Positions 39,981-49,668 of a DNA stretch of 58,691 bases are shown piece by piece (within the stretch, counting starts at the first letter, position 1; the number at the start of each line of letters is the position of its first letter). Below the pieces are notes generated by a model, which saw only the letters and a program-made list of their open reading frames with translations, searched no databases and was not told where the DNA came from. The DNA lies in IMG/VR virus record IMGVR_UViG_3300030060_004945, positions 1 to 58,691 of that record. One strand, 5' to 3'. A program made the position numbers and the translations under genes. This DNA comes from a virus (Duplodnaviria; Caudoviricetes).

Positions 39981-40169
39981 TTATATTTCATCTGATAAAG
40001 ATTGACTAAGCTCTGATAAGTATTTCATCATTTCTTGAATACTCTTTTTAGCTTCATCATTATCTCTATCCATTAAAGATTCATAAAGATCTGTTGTCTT
40101 CTCGTGAATCTCTTTACATATAAAATTTATGTGAGTTATTGTTGATATGTCCTCCTCTTGTACAGGCAC
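39981..40169 (-). CDS. Hypothetical protein
   Basis: ORF track. Confidence 0.6.
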   Translation of the reverse strand: MPVQEEDISTITHINFICKEIHEKTTDLYESLMDRDNDEAKKSIQEMMKYLSELSQSLSDEI

Positions 40170-40693
40170 TATGACATTCCGTTTATTAGTTGGTTTAACT
40201 TGTGTTCTAATTCTGATATTCTTGATTCGGGAACTCTCTGTTCAACAATGTTTACAATGTTCTTGTACCTTTTGTTTTGTCGAATTACGCTTTCCAACTT
40301 TTCTTGAACATCTAATAAAGACAAAGTTAACAAATTATTCTTTTCTTGCAAATCTTTTATCTCTTTTTTTAGTTGAGTAGGATTTAACTCCACGTATTGA
40401 TCTGCCTCTTGCTCCCATATCCCAAGTATTTGATGGTAAGATCGTTGTAGTCTTTTATCAAACTGCATCATATATGGAAACTCTTTTAGAGAGTGCATTA
40501 TGGTTGCGTGATTTTTACCAAATTGATCGGCAATATACTTCAGAGTGAAGTAACATTCATCCCTCATAATTTTATAACAGATTGCTCTTGCTTTTACAAT
40601 CTCATCTGTTTTTCTGTTGCTGTCTACATTAACGTCAAGAACAGAATTAACTATGTTCTTTAGTGCTATTGTCTTCTGTGTGTTGATATTCAT
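40169..40693 (-). CDS. DnaA C-terminal-domain (HTH) protein with coiled coil
   Basis: IVKARAICY....YFTLKYIADQFGKNHATIMHS. Confidence 0.75.
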   Translation of the reverse strand: MNINTQKTIALKNIVNSVLDVNVDSNRKTDEIVKARAICYKIMRDECYFTLKYIADQFGKNHATIMHSLKEFPYMMQFDKRLQRSYHQILGIWEQEADQYVELNPTQLKKEIKDLQEKNNLLTLSLLDVQEKLESVIRQNKRYKNIVNIVEQRVPESRISELEHKLNQLINGMS

Positions 40694-41009
40694 CTGTTTT
40701 GATATATAAATTTAAGTTAATTAGGTCTAAGTATTCATCCATACTTATTAGTTTTATGTCTGTAAGCAATATAAAGTCATCCTCCATTTTTACAAGTTCT
40801 ATAGCAAATGTTATGTTTTCATTCCCACGAGTTACAACACCGCCTAAAACGTGTGAAACAAGATTGTTTTTTGGAAGTTCTACCCAGCTATCACCTATTG
40901 TTCTTGCAATAAGTAACGCTGTAGGAAACTCTATTTCAGAAATACTTTCTATGAAGTCTTCTGAAACATCATACTCCTTACCCCCTGTATACTTCAGTCT
41001 TACATCCAT
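40647..41009 (-). CDS. Hypothetical protein
   Basis: ORF track. Confidence 0.6.
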   Translation of the reverse strand: MDVRLKYTGGKEYDVSEDFIESISEIEFPTALLIARTIGDSWVELPKNNLVSHVLGGVVTRGNENITFAIELVKMEDDFILLTDIKLISMDEYLDLINLNLYIKTDEYQHTEDNSTKEHS

Positions 41010-41217
41010 GCGTTTTTAGTTCTTTTAATCTATACTCTTGTAGTTTAGATAGTTTACCTGATGGTTTCTTCACCTCTGAAAATATAACCTCACAGTCGGG
41101 AGGTATAGCAATTAAATCAGGTATTCCGTTTTTGTTTGTTTTGATCAGCTTGATTACGTAGTAGCCCTCGTTCTCCAATTCCTTGATACGTTTGGCTTGT
41201 ATCTGCTGTTCTGTCAT
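40978..41217 (-). CDS. VRR-NUC domain nuclease
   Basis: EQQIQ, GIPDL, FSEVK...GKLSKLQ motifs. Confidence 0.85.
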   Translation of the reverse strand: MTEQQIQAKRIKELENEGYYVIKLIKTNKNGIPDLIAIPPDCEVIFSEVKKPSGKLSKLQEYRLKELKTHGCKTEVYRG

Positions 41218-41219
41218 AA

Positions 41220-42494
41220 TTACAAAGTTAATAAATCTCTTTTGAAATGTTTAAGTGTGTAGTCTTTCTTCTTAATAACCGCTTTGTATATTTCTTTTTC
41301 TATACCGTCTTTACTAAAAACCCAGTACACATCATTTTTTAATCTATCTTTAGTTGTCATTCTATCTCTTGACTGCCAGTAGCTGGTAGCACTGAAGTCT
41401 ATATTGTAGTACACAAGAGCATCAGCCTTTCTCAAACTAATACCTTCACGACCACTAACAATCTGTAGAGCAATGTCTTTGTCTGTGGTATTAAAACACT
41501 CAAGGTCTTGGCAAATATCTTCTCCAAAAACATTTTTGATTGCATTAAGTTCTTCTTTGAACTTATAAAATATACCTATCTTTTTACCCGCAAACTTTTC
41601 TTTAATAAAGTGTGCCTTACTATAATCAAGAACCATAGAGTTACCACTCTCAAACTTGATCGTACCACTACATAACTGATGTACCTTAGTCATAAGCTTG
41701 ACAGATGTGTCGGCAAGTATAACCTCGTTCTCACCTTCAATAACAAGATCCTTCTTTAATTTCTTTATAAGAATAGAGGTATCTTTTTCCATCTCCACTT
41801 CTAAAACATGCTCTTGAGTATCAACCACAAAGCCGGCATCTTTTTGACTAAACCTTATAGTGTATGGTTTCATTGCATCAATAATCTTTTCAGAACCACG
41901 TGAGTAATCATTGATATACATACCACCAACTTTTAGTTTTGTCACGTTAATATATTCGTGAGCAAACTTATAAAAGCTTTTGTGTTTTCTAAAAGGATTA
42001 TTTGGCAATGCATAAACTTGATGATACATTTGGGAGTAAGCTTCCGGAGTAGGTGTACCACTTAAAAGTATTACGTATGGGTTGGACCAAAACACAAACT
42101 CTTTAAACTTCTTTGCTCTACCACTTGGTTTTGGGTACGCCCCCATTCCGTGTGCCTCATCAGCTATTACTACATCCCATCCTTTCTGTGGAAGTTTATG
42201 TAAAGATTCGTAGTTAATTACAGTCAATTCAAAACTTGGATTGAGTAGATCGTAATCGTTTTCTATACTGGATATTGCTTTTTTCTTGGTTATAAATAAA
42301 ACCTTTTTAAGCTTCAGTTCCTCGCAGATACCCAAGCTTGTTAATGTTTTACCCGTACGAACTTCCATTGCAAGGTAAAGGAATCTGTGTGTACGGATAA
42401 TTTCCGTACCCTTTCCAATGATTTCTGTTTGATAATCTCTAAACTCTATCATATCAAAGAAGTTTGCGTTACGTTTTGACAAAACTCTATCCAC
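41220..42494 (-). CDS. SNF2-like SF2 helicase (likely start near MIEFRDYQ)
   Basis: RDYQ, RTGKT, DEAH, SGTP, GREGISL and QSRDR motifs. Confidence 0.88.
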   Translation of the reverse strand: MDRVLSKRNANFFDMIEFRDYQTEIIGKGTEIIRTHRFLYLAMEVRTGKTLTSLGICEELKLKKVLFITKKKAISSIENDYDLLNPSFELTVINYESLHKLPQKGWDVVIADEAHGMGAYPKPSGRAKKFKEFVFWSNPYVILLSGTPTPEAYSQMYHQVYALPNNPFRKHKSFYKFAHEYINVTKLKVGGMYINDYSRGSEKIIDAMKPYTIRFSQKDAGFVVDTQEHVLEVEMEKDTSILIKKLKKDLVIEGENEVILADTSVKLMTKVHQLCSGTIKFESGNSMVLDYSKAHFIKEKFAGKKIGIFYKFKEELNAIKNVFGEDICQDLECFNTTDKDIALQIVSGREGISLRKADALVYYNIDFSATSYWQSRDRMTTKDRLKNDVYWVFSKDGIEKEIYKAVIKKKDYTLKHFKRDLLTL

Positions 42495-44848
42495 TTACCG
42501 GTCTTATCTCTTCCTTCAATAGGTTTAGATTTGTACTTGTATATAGAGTAAGAATCTATCCACTTGTAAAACCTTTGTCTTGATATAGTCATTCTTGCTT
42601 TCGGTCCGTAATCCGGATACTCATCTATGAAATCAAAGTAAAGATCGTTTCTAAGAATCTTAGTGTTAGAAACTAATTTGTTATTATCTTTACCATCCAA
42701 TAGTCCACACCACTCAACAAACTCGTGAGAAGTTTCAGCAGACAATCTTCTAAGTTCAAGGTTTACAAATGTACTTTTCAGTAATCCATTTTCTAAATAC
42801 AACTGCAAACAACTAATCATAAAGTTATCAAACTGGCACCACTCCTCATCATCCCATTCCCCAAAGAAATGTTTACCAAACTCCACTAATGGAGTGAACT
42901 CTTTAGTGTAATGCTGAGCAAGTTCTAACTCCCATTTTCTTCTTTCAAAAGAACTACCCTTACCACGAATAGCATAGTTGGTGGTGATAGCAATCTTAGG
43001 AGACTTACTGAATGGTATCTTAATAGCATCTTTGTTTTTCTTTTCAAGTGTTAACCCTTCTGTTACCACAGAGAATAATCTTTCAAAGTCAAAATACTTT
43101 TTCACATCATCAAAACAAAGTAGTTGTGTATCGGCTGATACTAATTGGTAAGCAAAAGATCTTTCAAAGTTAAATGACTTGCCATCTATAACTACTAATT
43201 TTTTCATTTGTGATAGACCTTTCATAAACAAACCTTTACCGGTACCTCCTTCCGGATTGTCTGATATTACCTCATCATTTAATATAACAGCCGGGCAATA
43301 CGATAAGTTCTTGTATCCGTGCATCATATATCCAATAGTTGAATACATAGAGTTTACTCTCTCGTCTGTACCACCGGCAATGTTCTTGACAAACACCTTA
43401 AAATCACATTCATTTACCTTACATATTGTAAAATCTCTATCTATAACGTGGTCTTTCCAAACATATCCTCCAAGATCAATATAGTCTATAGGCTTTACTT
43501 CTGTATGAGTAATTTTTACTGCACAATTTCTGTAGTATAAGTAAGAAGTTGATGAGGTGTCTTCTATGAAGAACACATCAATAGATGAAAGCAGAGTTAA
43601 AAACTCCTCTCTAAAATATCTCGTGTGTTCTGCAAAGTAATTGTATATACTTATATCATCTTCTTCTATTAGATAATTCAATATAAAATCTTTTATTTCT
43701 TTTTCAGATGTGTGATCAATTAAGTTATTGGTCACCCTTACAAAAACATAATTCTTGCTACCTTGTGGATTAAATTTATAGAATCCGTGCTCCTCCAGAA
43801 ACTGCTTGAAAGCTATGTGTATAATTTTTATTACACCTTTCTCAGACTTGGTCCAAAACTTTTGTTTAGCATTTTCATCCTCTATTCTTTCAAGTACACT
43901 ATCTACATTATCTACATCAAACTTCTCCTCCTCCAACTGATACTTAATTTCTTTTTTAGATACACCTCTTCTAAACTTATTCTTTATTTGGTTTACCTTA
44001 TCCTCATCCTCGTAATACTTGGTTCCAAAGTTTTGTTTTTGTGCGTAAGCTGAGTCAATAGTTCTTTTAATCTCGTAATCCGGAAAGTCTTTTGTAGCAA
44101 AGTTTGACATCACATACTCTGCAAGAGTTTGATTTACTCCAAAGTCATTAAAGGCAGATGCTAATACATAAATGTTATTATTTCTTTCTCCCTCCTTCAA
44201 ACCATACTTTTTATCCCACCACTTCATAAGTATATCTACAATCTTGTTTTCATTAGTGATTGGAATAGTAGGTCTATCTCTATATTTTACAACCTCTTGG
44301 TATTCTGTCTCTTCAATTTTTTCCCAAGCACTTGATAGTTCATTGATATGAATTAAAGGATCATAACTTTCATAACAAACTCTCGAAATGTTTTTAGTGG
44401 TCTTATCAAAGTAAGGACTATCAAAGTGATTTTGAAGTGAGTTAAAATAATTTTTATGGTTCTCTGAGTCCTGTGGTATTTTAACTAAAACCTTTAAGCC
44501 ATTACCACTTGGAGAAATAAATACAGAAAAAACATACTTATCTTTTGATAGTCTTTCCTTTTCTTGCAACATATCTTTGTTGGTCTTGTATCCATCAAAA
44601 TCTAAACATATATACCCACTATGTTGCACTAATGAATTGTCATTTCTTTTAGTAAACCTACCACTAAAACATATAGCTGGAAGGGATTGTTTTAATTTAT
44701 TTCTTTGTGTTTTATCCTTTTCGGCACGAATTTTCTTTACCAAGTCTTTGCTTGATCCCTCTCTTATTCTGTTTAATAATACCATTACATCCCTATAAAA
44801 TGGCTGAGAAGTTTCCTTAATATCCTTAAAAATGGTGATTTCTGACAT
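42449..44848 (-). CDS. Primase-helicase (BT4734/VirE N-domain, PriCT, P-loop)
   Basis: KQSLPAICFSG, CLDFD, SPSGNGLK, GERNN, GGTGKG and FDDV motifs. Confidence 0.85.
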   Translation of the reverse strand: MSEITIFKDIKETSQPFYRDVMVLLNRIREGSSKDLVKKIRAEKDKTQRNKLKQSLPAICFSGRFTKRNDNSLVQHSGYICLDFDGYKTNKDMLQEKERLSKDKYVFSVFISPSGNGLKVLVKIPQDSENHKNYFNSLQNHFDSPYFDKTTKNISRVCYESYDPLIHINELSSAWEKIEETEYQEVVKYRDRPTIPITNENKIVDILMKWWDKKYGLKEGERNNNIYVLASAFNDFGVNQTLAEYVMSNFATKDFPDYEIKRTIDSAYAQKQNFGTKYYEDEDKVNQIKNKFRRGVSKKEIKYQLEEEKFDVDNVDSVLERIEDENAKQKFWTKSEKGVIKIIHIAFKQFLEEHGFYKFNPQGSKNYVFVRVTNNLIDHTSEKEIKDFILNYLIEEDDISIYNYFAEHTRYFREEFLTLLSSIDVFFIEDTSSTSYLYYRNCAVKITHTEVKPIDYIDLGGYVWKDHVIDRDFTICKVNECDFKVFVKNIAGGTDERVNSMYSTIGYMMHGYKNLSYCPAVILNDEVISDNPEGGTGKGLFMKGLSQMKKLVVIDGKSFNFERSFAYQLVSADTQLLCFDDVKKYFDFERLFSVVTEGLTLEKKNKDAIKIPFSKSPKIAITTNYAIRGKGSSFERRKWELELAQHYTKEFTPLVEFGKHFFGEWDDEEWCQFDNFMISCLQLYLENGLLKSTFVNLELRRLSAETSHEFVEWCGLLDGKDNNKLVSNTKILRNDLYFDFIDEYPDYGPKARMTISRQRFYKWIDSYSIYKYKSKPIEGRDKTGKWIEFCQNVTQTSLI

Positions 44849-44850
44849 CT

Positions 44851-45023
44851 CTGTGTTGAATTAGTGTTAAAAAAATTTAATATAAGTTACTGATTATTAG
44901 TTCTTTATCTATCTTTGATGTTGAAATGTTGAAATTAGTAATAAAATTCTATATAATAAAACAATATCTAATTTATTTTTTCTATAATATAATATAGAGG
45001 TTTGACTTTAACATTTCAACACC
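44851..45023. other. Origin-like module A (IHF-like site plus inverted TGTTGAA iteron pairs around an AT-rich core)
   Basis: TAAGTTACTGATT 44883-44895; GATGTTGAAATGTTGAAA 44917-44934; TTTAACATTTCAACACC 45007-45023; directly upstream of the primase gene. Confidence 0.55.
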
Positions 45024-45031
45024 GGCAAGAG

Positions 45032-45056
45032 AAAAAGAAAAGGAGCCGAAACTCCT
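45032..45056 (-). terminator. Probable intrinsic terminator after the SSB-like gene
   Basis: On the - strand AGGAG-TTTCGG-CTCCT followed by TTTCTTTTT. Confidence 0.6.
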
Positions 45057-45077
45057 CTTCGTTTTTTCTGTTCCCAT

Positions 45078-45332
45078 TTAGAAAGGAAGGTCAGCTTCTT
45101 CTTTTTTAGTTTCAGCTTTCTTCTCTTCGGGTTTCCAAGTATCTACTGCAACGTAGTGAGTACGACCATAGTCATCAGCTTCTCTTCTTTCTTGAACAAT
45201 TAACTTGATGTACTTTTTCCCATCATACTCAAATACGTGTTCTTTTGGAAGATCAGTTAAACATAAGCTTACTGCTACTTGTTGTCCATCAAACTTGGAC
45301 TTTCCATTTCCGACATAAATTTTATCTGCCAT
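45078..45332 (-). CDS. Putative single-stranded DNA-binding protein
   Basis: GKKYIKL...DDYGRTH...VDTWKP and an acidic DLPF tail; next to the annealase and exonuclease. Confidence 0.7.
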   Translation of the reverse strand: MADKIYVGNGKSKFDGQQVAVSLCLTDLPKEHVFEYDGKKYIKLIVQERREADDYGRTHYVAVDTWKPEEKKAETKKEEADLPF

Positions 45333-45405
45333 AATAAATAAAGTTGTGTTCCGATAATAATTAAAAACGTATCAGTAGTTCGGAACGATCCTACTGAGAG
45401 TTTTA

Positions 45406-46143
45406 CTATAGTTCTTCTTTAATAATAAATTCATCAATAGTCTTTTCAGATCCTTCAGCAAAAAATTCGTTATATATTTCAACTGCCTTCTCTACCTTTT
45501 CTTTTCCTCTGTTAAGAAAATCTGTAGTTGGATTGAATATACCAAGTTGTAAACTTGTTTTATCCACTACATAAAATACTAAAGGTTTGTCAAATAACTG
45601 CTGATATATATAGGCTTGACTATCGTAGTTGTATTTTCTTGCTGAATACTTGAAATCTTTGATGTTGGATGTAGTCTTCAGGTCTATTAAAATATCCGGT
45701 GTGACAATATCAGCTTTACCTTTCCATTCCACACCACATATAGTTGTAATAGCCGGAACCTCATACTCGTTTCTTGGATCGTAAATAGCATCACAAAAAT
45801 CAAGATTACCCTTCATTGTGTTTATAGCACAATCAGTTTCTTCTTTTTCTTTTGTCAACATCATTAACATTCTACCATTCTCATCCAAAGAATCTTTGTA
45901 TTTTTTAGTATTTCTACTACTCGCATCAATACTTTTATACTCTACACTACTTACCTTTTCCGGCTCAAGCATTGCAGTGTGAAAATATCTACCAATAAGC
46001 ATTGCTTTGGTTGGTTCTTTTGGTACTCTAAATGATTTAGGATCATTCAGTAATGTTATTATATCCGAGTTGGAAAGCCATTGCCTTCCATACTCTCCAT
46101 AATAATGTTCATCCAGTTGTAGTTTAGCTAAATACTCTTTCAT
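45406..46143 (-). CDS. RecE/exonuclease VIII-like PD-(D/E)XK nuclease (DUF3799-like)
   Basis: LSNS, GRYFH..MLEP, KGKAD, DLKTT and YDSQAYIY motifs. Confidence 0.85.
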   Translation of the reverse strand: MKEYLAKLQLDEHYYGEYGRQWLSNSDIITLLNDPKSFRVPKEPTKAMLIGRYFHTAMLEPEKVSSVEYKSIDASSRNTKKYKDSLDENGRMLMMLTKEKEETDCAINTMKGNLDFCDAIYDPRNEYEVPAITTICGVEWKGKADIVTPDILIDLKTTSNIKDFKYSARKYNYDSQAYIYQQLFDKPLVFYVVDKTSLQLGIFNPTTDFLNRGKEKVEKAVEIYNEFFAEGSEKTIDEFIIKEEL

Positions 46144-46736
46144 TACACATGCTTTGAAAGTTCCTTCTTCACTGAAGCTTTAATCTTATACTTCTGCTCA
46201 AGATTCTTTACAATCTTTGGAAGACCTAAATGCTTATTCTGTGCCACATAAGTCAATACCTTTTTCCAATTAGCATCACCAATATCTAAATCAAAGGTTG
46301 TTATTGTTTTAGATTTTGACTTTGGTTTTTCTTCTGCTGATGCAGTTTTAGTTAAGTCCTCTCCAATCCACAAGCTTAACCCTAATCCGTGCATAGCAAT
46401 AGCTTTAGCAGTTGATCTTTGTATTGCAGTATTGATATCCATAGAGGTTATCTTTTCCATACTAATAGACCTATTTCTAAAGTCCATTACCGGTAGGTAA
46501 TCAATATGTTCTACACCTCCTATAGTAATACCCACTTTTACATAAGCAGTTCTACCATCAGTAAAGAAGTTTAGTCCAGTTTCCATAGATTCATAAACTT
46601 TCCTTTGTGCATCCGGATAAGTTGTTTTAACTAAATGCCAAGCACTTGCCCAAGAAAGATAATCGTGTTGTCCTTTCTTTTCTACCATACCTTTTACATC
46701 CACTGATGAAAGGTTTTTGAAAATGTTCTTTTCCAT
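46143..46736 (-). CDS. Sak3/DUF1071 ssDNA annealing protein
   Basis: YLSWASAW, LPVMDFRN and INTAIQRSTAKAIAMHGLGL. Confidence 0.85.
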   Translation of the reverse strand: MEKNIFKNLSSVDVKGMVEKKGQHDYLSWASAWHLVKTTYPDAQRKVYESMETGLNFFTDGRTAYVKVGITIGGVEHIDYLPVMDFRNRSISMEKITSMDINTAIQRSTAKAIAMHGLGLSLWIGEDLTKTASAEEKPKSKSKTITTFDLDIGDANWKKVLTYVAQNKHLGLPKIVKNLEQKYKIKASVKKELSKHV

Positions 46737-46743
46737 AATAAAT

Positions 46744-47139
46744 TTAATTTAGTTGTGATAATAATTTTTTTCTCTCTGCATATTTTCTCAATACCTTCTC
46801 ACGAGAAGTTTTTAAAGATTGAATATGCTTATCATTTTTTCGAGTGTTTAATTCATTCTGAATACGACCTTCGATCATTTTTAGTTTTCTTTCGTAGTTA
46901 TGCATTGAAGTAAGTATAACTCCTTTCTTCCATCCATTCTCATAAAAAAAACTATACTCTTTAGGTGTTAATTCCATAAAATAATCTCCACCCCTTGTGG
47001 TGTTTAGTATTTCAATCTTATCAGAATACTTGTTTAACAATACTCCAATTTTTAAAATACCTTGTTTGCCACTATGTGTTGGGTGGTACGCACCCTGATC
47101 CTCCATAGCTTGTTGATAAATTTCCTCTAAAGTGTACAT
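46744..47139 (-). CDS. Hypothetical protein
   Basis: ORF track. Confidence 0.65.
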   Translation of the reverse strand: MYTLEEIYQQAMEDQGAYHPTHSGKQGILKIGVLLNKYSDKIEILNTTRGGDYFMELTPKEYSFFYENGWKKGVILTSMHNYERKLKMIEGRIQNELNTRKNDKHIQSLKTSREKVLRKYAERKKLLSQLN

Positions 47140-47420
47140 AGTTTATTTACTACATTTTTGAAATCAACATCCTCATCAACCATATCTTTTGCTCTATTAT
47201 ATCCGTGAATAATTGTAGAGTGAGATACAGAGTGTCCGTGATCTTCCATAAATCTTTGTATGTAAGATATTCTAATAGGCCTCTCCATACATAAGTAATA
47301 CAACATTTGTCGTGCATCAACGCAATCTCTTCTTCGTGTTTTTTCCATCATCTGATCGAGTGTCAGATGGAATTGCTTGGCTACTGCCAACGCATAAGCA
47401 TCAAAAATTTCCTTCTTCAT
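47127..47420 (-). CDS. DnaA C-terminal-domain (HTH) protein
   Basis: TRRRDCVDARQMLYYLC...HSTIIHG. Confidence 0.75.
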   Translation of the reverse strand: MKKEIFDAYALAVAKQFHLTLDQMMEKTRRRDCVDARQMLYYLCMERPIRISYIQRFMEDHGHSVSHSTIIHGYNRAKDMVDEDVDFKNVVNKLCTL

Positions 47421-47490
47421 TTTCTGTTTTGTTTAGTTTTGCTAAAGTAATATATTTCTATAAATTAAGCAAACTTTGTTCATATTATTT

Positions 47491-47652
47491 TTATACTAAT
47501 TCTTCATAAATTCCTACAATCTCACTGACTAACAACACCCCCATAGCTATGAAAGGTTCAAAGGGTATAAACATGTAACCCAATAATCTTATGCCTGATT
47601 TTATGAAACTTACTAATTGGTGCATTTTTGCATCCGGATGTTCTTTTTTCAT
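47491..47652 (-). CDS. Small membrane protein (53 aa, MKKEHPDAKMHQLVSFIKSGIRLLGY...EIVGIYEELV)
   Basis: Translated by eye; ATGA-coupled. Confidence 0.7.
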   Translation of the reverse strand: MKKEHPDAKMHQLVSFIKSGIRLLGYMFIPFEPFIAMGVLLVSEIVGIYEELV

Positions 47653-47918
47653 TTTTCTTCTTTTTTGCATTGTACTTTGTATAATATAAGGTATCCAATC
47701 AAATCAAGAAGAGTATCTTCTGTTTTGTCATTTAACCCCATTGTTTTTATTCTGCTTAACTTGTCATCTATTCGTGCAAGTATTCCTTCTTTTGCAGAAA
47801 GTTTTGAAAAGATCTTTGGAGGATCATTTGCAGTATCTCCATAAGCTTTGTTCTTTTCAAGAAGTAACATAACTACCTCTCTTCCTACTTCTTTAATTAA
47901 CTCATCCGTTTTTTTCAT
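47649..47918 (-). CDS. DUF1599-like (nucleotide modification associated) protein
   Basis: KNKAYGD, RIDDKLSRI and DTLLDLIGYLIL. Confidence 0.8.
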   Translation of the reverse strand: MKKTDELIKEVGREVVMLLLEKNKAYGDTANDPPKIFSKLSAKEGILARIDDKLSRIKTMGLNDKTEDTLLDLIGYLILYKVQCKKEEK

Positions 47919-48114
47919 TTTCTTTTCTTTCCATTAGTTCTTTAACTGCTTTTCTGTGTCCTTTTTTAGTACACAGAGAAAGCCTTTTCATTCGGTATTC
48001 AAATTCTCGCCACATCAGTTCTCTATCTATAACTACGTAACCCTCCTTATCTTCATACCAGTATGTTGGTATTTTAATGTATTCCGGTATCTCTTTCTTT
48101 GGCATCTCTTTCAA
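47902..48114 (-). CDS. Hypothetical protein
   Basis: ORF track (true start may be the second Met). Confidence 0.55.
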   Translation of the reverse strand: MKEMPKKEIPEYIKIPTYWYEDKEGYVVIDRELMWREFEYRMKRLSLCTKKGHRKAVKELMERKENEKNG

Positions 48115-48238
48115 TTTTAAAGTTATTTACTCTTTCTTCAAACTCCTTACGTTTTTTGTCTGACCTCCACTCAAAGTATAAGTATAAGGCAGTCCATCCA
48201 ATAAGGAGTATTAGTATTATTAGTGCTATTGTTTTCAT
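48074..48238 (-). CDS. Small membrane-anchored protein (54 aa, MKTIALIILILLIGWTALYLYFEW...)
   Basis: Translated by eye; ATGA overlap with the upstream gene. Confidence 0.6.
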   Translation of the reverse strand: MKTIALIILILLIGWTALYLYFEWRSDKKRKEFEERVNNFKIERDAKERDTGIH

Positions 48239-48465
48239 TTTTTCTCTATTCCTTTAGCTTTACATTGTTCATCTATCATTTCAAATATCTGTGATATTAA
48301 CCATTCACTATCGAACACACTATATAGTACATTCTGTGCTTCAGCTTCATCACATTTGTAATTTTGCATTACATCAGTTGTGTTCCAAAGGTGGTCAACA
48401 AACCATCCTTTTCTCCTTAAGCTATCTTTACAAGCTTCGATTTTCATCTTTTCCATATCCATCAA
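48235..48465 (-). CDS. Hypothetical protein
   Basis: ORF track. Confidence 0.65.
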   Translation of the reverse strand: MMDMEKMKIEACKDSLRRKGWFVDHLWNTTDVMQNYKCDEAEAQNVLYSVFDSEWLISQIFEMIDEQCKAKGIEKK

Positions 48466-49175
48466 TTTTTTGTTGTAGTGTTTGAATTAGTTTCTTGTTT
48501 GGTTTCTGTTTCAATTTCTCCAATAATATCTTTCGGAGTATGACTATTTTGTATATATTTCTTCGCATCTTCTAATGTTTTACCGGCAAACTCTTGACTC
48601 CAGTCCACATACCATCCAAGACCATAATCTGTGTAATGTGGGTGTTCTTCAGTTAGTTTTGTTAGTGTTATATCCCATTTACTATCTGTCTCCACTTCAA
48701 ACTCTTCAGTGAAATGTGGTACATCATATTCTTTTACATCAATAATATCTCCTCCTTCAAGAGATATTTCTGCACCCCATCCTTGTTCTTCCTCAAAAGA
48801 CCAAAACATATCCGGAAAATCTTGAGCCATCATTTTGACAATTAGTTCACTCATTGGTGACCAAGCAGTAGTAAATCGTAAAACCTCATCATCAATCTCT
48901 AAATCATAGCATCCCCATTTGGTGTTCCAATTATTTTCATCATTACACCAATCGTACCAATTATCGTATCCGTACTTTTGTTTAAGTTCTTCTGACTTTT
49001 CTTTTGTAATAGTATCTCCTATTCTCTGTGGAGAGGTAGTCCCCTCAAGTTCTTGAGGCATTGGCTTGTAATATCGGCAGATACCTCCGGCTTTTTCGAT
49101 CTTTTTTAATATTTCTTCTCTTTCTTTGGTAATCTTACTACCAATAGAAATTTGGTGATAAACGTGATTAGGCAT
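48462..49175 (-). CDS. DUF1281/YubB ferredoxin-like domain protein
   Basis: MPNH, PMPQEL, WYDWC...NWNTKW and FTTAWSP motifs. Confidence 0.75.
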   Translation of the reverse strand: MPNHVYHQISIGSKITKEREEILKKIEKAGGICRYYKPMPQELEGTTSPQRIGDTITKEKSEELKQKYGYDNWYDWCNDENNWNTKWGCYDLEIDDEVLRFTTAWSPMSELIVKMMAQDFPDMFWSFEEEQGWGAEISLEGGDIIDVKEYDVPHFTEEFEVETDSKWDITLTKLTEEHPHYTDYGLGWYVDWSQEFAGKTLEDAKKYIQNSHTPKDIIGEIETETKQETNSNTTTKN

Positions 49176-49177
49176 AA

Positions 49178-49357
49178 TTAGTTGGTTTTATTTAGTTTAG
49201 TTAATTTACTTTCCAAGTGTTCTATGTATTTCATAAACGCTTTTATATAATAAGTATCATCAGTATTGGTTTCTTCCAATCTGTACCCATTAAAATAGTT
49301 GAAACCATCATCCACTTGGTCGATTAGATTTTTCTTTACTTTGATTCTTTTTGACAT
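49178..49357 (-). CDS. Hypothetical protein (59 aa, MSKRIKVKKNLIDQVDDG...)
   Basis: Translated by eye; AU-rich leader. Confidence 0.65.
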   Translation of the reverse strand: MSKRIKVKKNLIDQVDDGFNYFNGYRLEETNTDDTYYIKAFMKYIEHLESKLTKLNKTN

Positions 49358-49380
49358 AATAATTTAATTTGATTAGTAGT

Positions 49381-49439
49381 GGGATGGAGGGTTGCGAAGC
49401 CCTCTAAAGTACGCTTTACCATCCCCAAGTTACAAACAA
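49381..49439. ncRNA. Structured three-way-junction element with an inverted copy of the cassette repeat core
   Basis: GGGATGG/CCATCCC stem enclosing two hairpins, then AGTTACAAACAA (49428-49439, + strand). Confidence 0.45.
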
Positions 49440-49459
49440 GCATCTGTTCGTTGTTCGTG

Positions 49460-49467
49460 CAAATATA
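49460..49467 (-). promoter_or_regulatory. -7 promoter element TATATTTG (middle operon)
   Basis: CAAATATA on +; TTG -33-like element about 20 nt upstream. Confidence 0.7.
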
Positions 49468-49521
49468 TAATATAATTTGTTTATATCCAAATTATCTTTG
49501 ACAAAATGGGAAATGTAGTTT

Positions 49522-49668
49522 TTACAATACTAAATCAGACTCATTAGCATATTCAATCCAATCCTTATCAGTATAAGACCTGAAAGGGTGTTCTTCGTAA
49601 TGTGGGAACCCACTATTCAAGTAATACTCTTTTACTTGTTCAGCAGTATATCCGTTGTCTGTTTTCAT
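49522..49668 (-). CDS. Hypothetical protein (48 aa, MKTDNGYTAEQVKEYY...)
   Basis: Translated by eye; ATGA overlap. Confidence 0.55.
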   Translation of the reverse strand: MKTDNGYTAEQVKEYYLNSGFPHYEEHPFRSYTDKDWIEYANESDLVL

